Of a stretch of 49,122 nucleotides of DNA, positions 46,871 through 49,122 are shown in pieces. Origin of the DNA: Rhizomicrobium sp. GTDB lineage: Bacteria > Pseudomonadota > Alphaproteobacteria > Micropepsales > Micropepsaceae. The position numbers and the translations under genes are program-made. The DNA lies in assembly GCA_036509475.1 (NCBI GenBank), contig DATCFN010000349.1, forward strand, positions 1 through 49,122, in the 5' to 3' direction. Under the pieces are notes generated by a model. The model ran no database searches, was not told the origin of the DNA, and saw only the letters and a program-made list of their open reading frames with translations. Position 1 is the stretch's first letter. Every line of letters begins with the position of its first letter.

Positions 46871-49009
46871 TCACGTCGGCATCTGGATCAAGGTGTCGTA
46901 AAGCTGTTGACCGACCGTCAGCATGCGCGCGGCGGCGCTGTAAGCCTGCTGGTAGATCATCATGTTCGAAAGTTCTTCGTCGAGATTGACGCCGGACGTG
47001 CTGGCTTGACGCGATTGGGCCTCGGTCAGCCGGTCGGTCTGCGTCGTGTTGTTGGCGGCGGCGGTGTTGGTGCGCGTGGCTACGTCCTGATAAAAATTCG
47101 CGGCATAGTCGCCGAGCGTCGAGGACTGCGCGCCCATCGAACCGGCGGCGGAGAAATTCTGCTTGGCATCGGCCAGGTTCTGCAGCGCGATCAATCCGCG
47201 ATTGTCGCCCGAACCCAGAATGGAATCGCCCGCGACCGTGCTGGCCGTGATGTTGGACTGGGCGAAAGCGAGCGATGACGGCGAGGATGCAATGTCGGGC
47301 GCGATGCTGAAACCCTGCGCCTGCGCTGCCGCCTGATTGGAACCGAGGCCGAAGAGTTCGGTAAAGCTCATCCCGGTCGTGCCGCGCGCCGTGGTGTCGT
47401 TGGTGACATTCAGGCTGTCGGCGCTGTTGGCGGCCGACGGCGTCATCTTGAGGGCGCCGTTGGAATCGAGCGAGAACGTTGCCGCCCCGTTGAACGACGT
47501 ATTGAGCGCGCTGACGATGGCGCCGATGCTCATGCCGGCGGAGATGTTGACGCTGGCCTGTTTGTCGATCGCGCCGCTCGGGTTCTTGAGCACGAAACTC
47601 ATCGAGCCACCGGCAGCAAAGCCGCTGGCGTCACTGGACGACAGACCTGTCGACAGGATGGACGGCGCCGCGGACTGAAACATGTCGTTCAGCCCGAAGA
47701 ATTGCGAGAAGCCGGTGCCGCCGCGTTGCGACGGCGTGGTGGCGTTGTCCTGTACGACCACGCCATTGCCGCCGGTCGCGGCGATGGAGAGCTGGCCGTC
47801 GTTGAAGCTCGCGCTGCCATTGCTGCCCAGCGCGGAATTGAGCGCCGTCGTGAAGCTGCCGACCGTCGTGCCGATGCTCACGGCCGCGCCGCCATCCACC
47901 GACAGAGTGCCCGCGCCGAAATCCACGTCGACGCGCGAGACCAGGTTGCCGCTGGAATCCGCGACCGCGATTGTGGTCTTGCCCGTAAAGCCGAGCGAGT
48001 CCGTCGAAAGCAATCCGGTGTCGCGGCCGTCCATGCTGGTCGGCGGCGGCACGGCGGAATTGGCATTGCTTTGCGCGTTGAAGGCGAGCGCCGTCTGCTG
48101 CGCGAAACTGCCGAGTTCCTGTTGAAGCTGCGGGATCTGGTTGTCACGCATATCGACCAGGCCCGCGAGCGAACCGGAGCCCAGATGCGAATCTAGTTCC
48201 TGCGTCTGGCCGATCTGCTGGCCGCTGCTGCCCAGATTGGCCATCGTGATCTGGCTGTAATTGCCGTTGGTGCCGCCGCCCGCATAAGAGAGCTGCGCAT
48301 ACGTGTCGCCGACCAGCGTCGTGCCGTCCTGCGTCATCACCGTCATCTGGCCGTTGGACAGTTCGGTCGTCTTCACGCCGATCAACGCCGACAGGCTTTG
48401 CACCGCTTCGTCACGCTGATCGAGCAGGCCCGAAGAGGTATCGCCCGAAAGCGTCGCTGTCTGAATCTGCTGATTCAGGTTGTAGATGCTCTGGATCGTC
48501 GAATTGACGGTCGAGATGGAAGAAGAAACCTGCTGGTCAACCTGCGACTGCAGGCTGCTGAGATTGGTAGAGGTGGTCGAGATCGAGGTCGCCAGGTTCT
48601 GCAGCGAGCTGAGAACGCCCTGCTGATTGGCGCTGGACGTGGGCCCGGACGATGCGCTGCTCAGCGCCGAGAAGATATTATCGAGCTGCGAGCCCAGCGA
48701 TGAGCCGTCGCCCGGCTGTCCGAGCAGGCCGTTGAGCTGCGTATATATGTCGTTCTGCGCGCCATACTGCGACGACGCCGCGTTGGCGGACAAAGTCTCG
48801 GCTTGCAGGAACTGATCGGTGACGCGCTGGATGTCGGTGGCGCTGACGCCCGAGAGCTGGCCGCCGGCCGCCGTCGTCTGAAACTCCACCGTGCGGCGGG
48901 CATAACCCTGCGTATTGATGTTCGAAACGTTATTGGAGACGACGCGCAACGCATTGGTATTCGCCTGCAACGCAGACATCGCGCTCGACAGAATACTGTT
49001 GATGGACAC
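46871..49009 (-). CDS. flgK: Flagellar hook-associated protein FlgK
   Basis: SNNVSNINTQGYARR, LLDQRD, SGVNLDEELSNMMIYQQAYSAAARML. Confidence 0.96.
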   Translation of the reverse strand: MSINSILSSAMSALQANTNALRVVSNNVSNINTQGYARRTVEFQTTAAGGQLSGVSATDIQRVTDQFLQAETLSANAASSQYGAQNDIYTQLNGLLGQPGDGSSLGSQLDNIFSALSSASSGPTSSANQQGVLSSLQNLATSISTTSTNLSSLQSQVDQQVSSSISTVNSTIQSIYNLNQQIQTATLSGDTSSGLLDQRDEAVQSLSALIGVKTTELSNGQMTVMTQDGTTLVGDTYAQLSYAGGGTNGNYSQITMANLGSSGQQIGQTQELDSHLGSGSLAGLVDMRDNQIPQLQQELGSFAQQTALAFNAQSNANSAVPPPTSMDGRDTGLLSTDSLGFTGKTTIAVADSSGNLVSRVDVDFGAGTLSVDGGAAVSIGTTVGSFTTALNSALGSNGSASFNDGQLSIAATGGNGVVVQDNATTPSQRGGTGFSQFFGLNDMFQSAAPSILSTGLSSSDASGFAAGGSMSFVLKNPSGAIDKQASVNISAGMSIGAIVSALNTSFNGAATFSLDSNGALKMTPSAANSADSLNVTNDTTARGTTGMSFTELFGLGSNQAAAQAQGFSIAPDIASSPSSLAFAQSNITASTVAGDSILGSGDNRGLIALQNLADAKQNFSAAGSMGAQSSTLGDYAANFYQDVATRTNTAAANNTTQTDRLTEAQSRQASTSGVNLDEELSNMMIYQQAYSAAARMLTVGQQLYDTLIQMPT

Positions 49010-49062
49010 GAGGCTTCACTCCAGATGCTTTGGCCGAAGGGATTTGGGCCGAAGCCAAGACC

Positions 49063-49077
49063 GCAAGGTACGTGCCA
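49063..49077 (-). promoter_or_regulatory. Sigma54 (-24/-12) promoter of flgKL
   Basis: Minus strand TGGCACGTACCTTGC = TGGCAC-N5-TTGC, about 54 bp upstream of flgK, with an AT-rich tract upstream. Confidence 0.85.
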
Positions 49078-49122
49078 GAATAATTCTTGGATTTATGCGG
49101 GAAATTGCTGGCACCCGCACGG

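Overview
High-GC alphaproteobacterial chromosome segment, mostly core genome. Gene order and motifs resemble Caulobacterales/Rhizobiales/Micropepsales-type organisms (inference). I see no integrase, transposase, prophage, CRISPR or rRNA. Contents in order: ybjN(partial)-ubiK / lgt-midA-pgeF-prs; two YjbR paralogs and an esterase; a sensorless PleC/DivJ-type kinase coupled to a HerA-like ATPase; rplY-pth-ychF; an mtnP-apt-mtnA cluster ending in a fused class II aldolase/SDR; petABC; trmL; terC; DUF1285-Nudix-cca-PP2C; the moxR-DUF58-DUF4159-vWA/GATase operon; a Cle-like CheY/Hpt/motA block; a lysine dehydrogenase/ALDH7 operon with divergent Lrp; threonine ammonia-lyase; tRNA-Met; mnmA; flgL-flgK. 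Best leads: (1) the kinase + nuclease-less HerA ATPase pair behind a CtrA-like box; (2) a possible DHAP-shunt variant using a fused aldolase-reductase, with a hidden small wHTH-like ORF and REP-like palindromes flanking apt; (3) a c-di-GMP-type CheY/Hpt/MotA motor module plus a small membrane ORF behind a perfect CtrA core; (4) phased 13-bp Lrp operators. All calls come from motif recognition and recalled synteny. No database searches were run.
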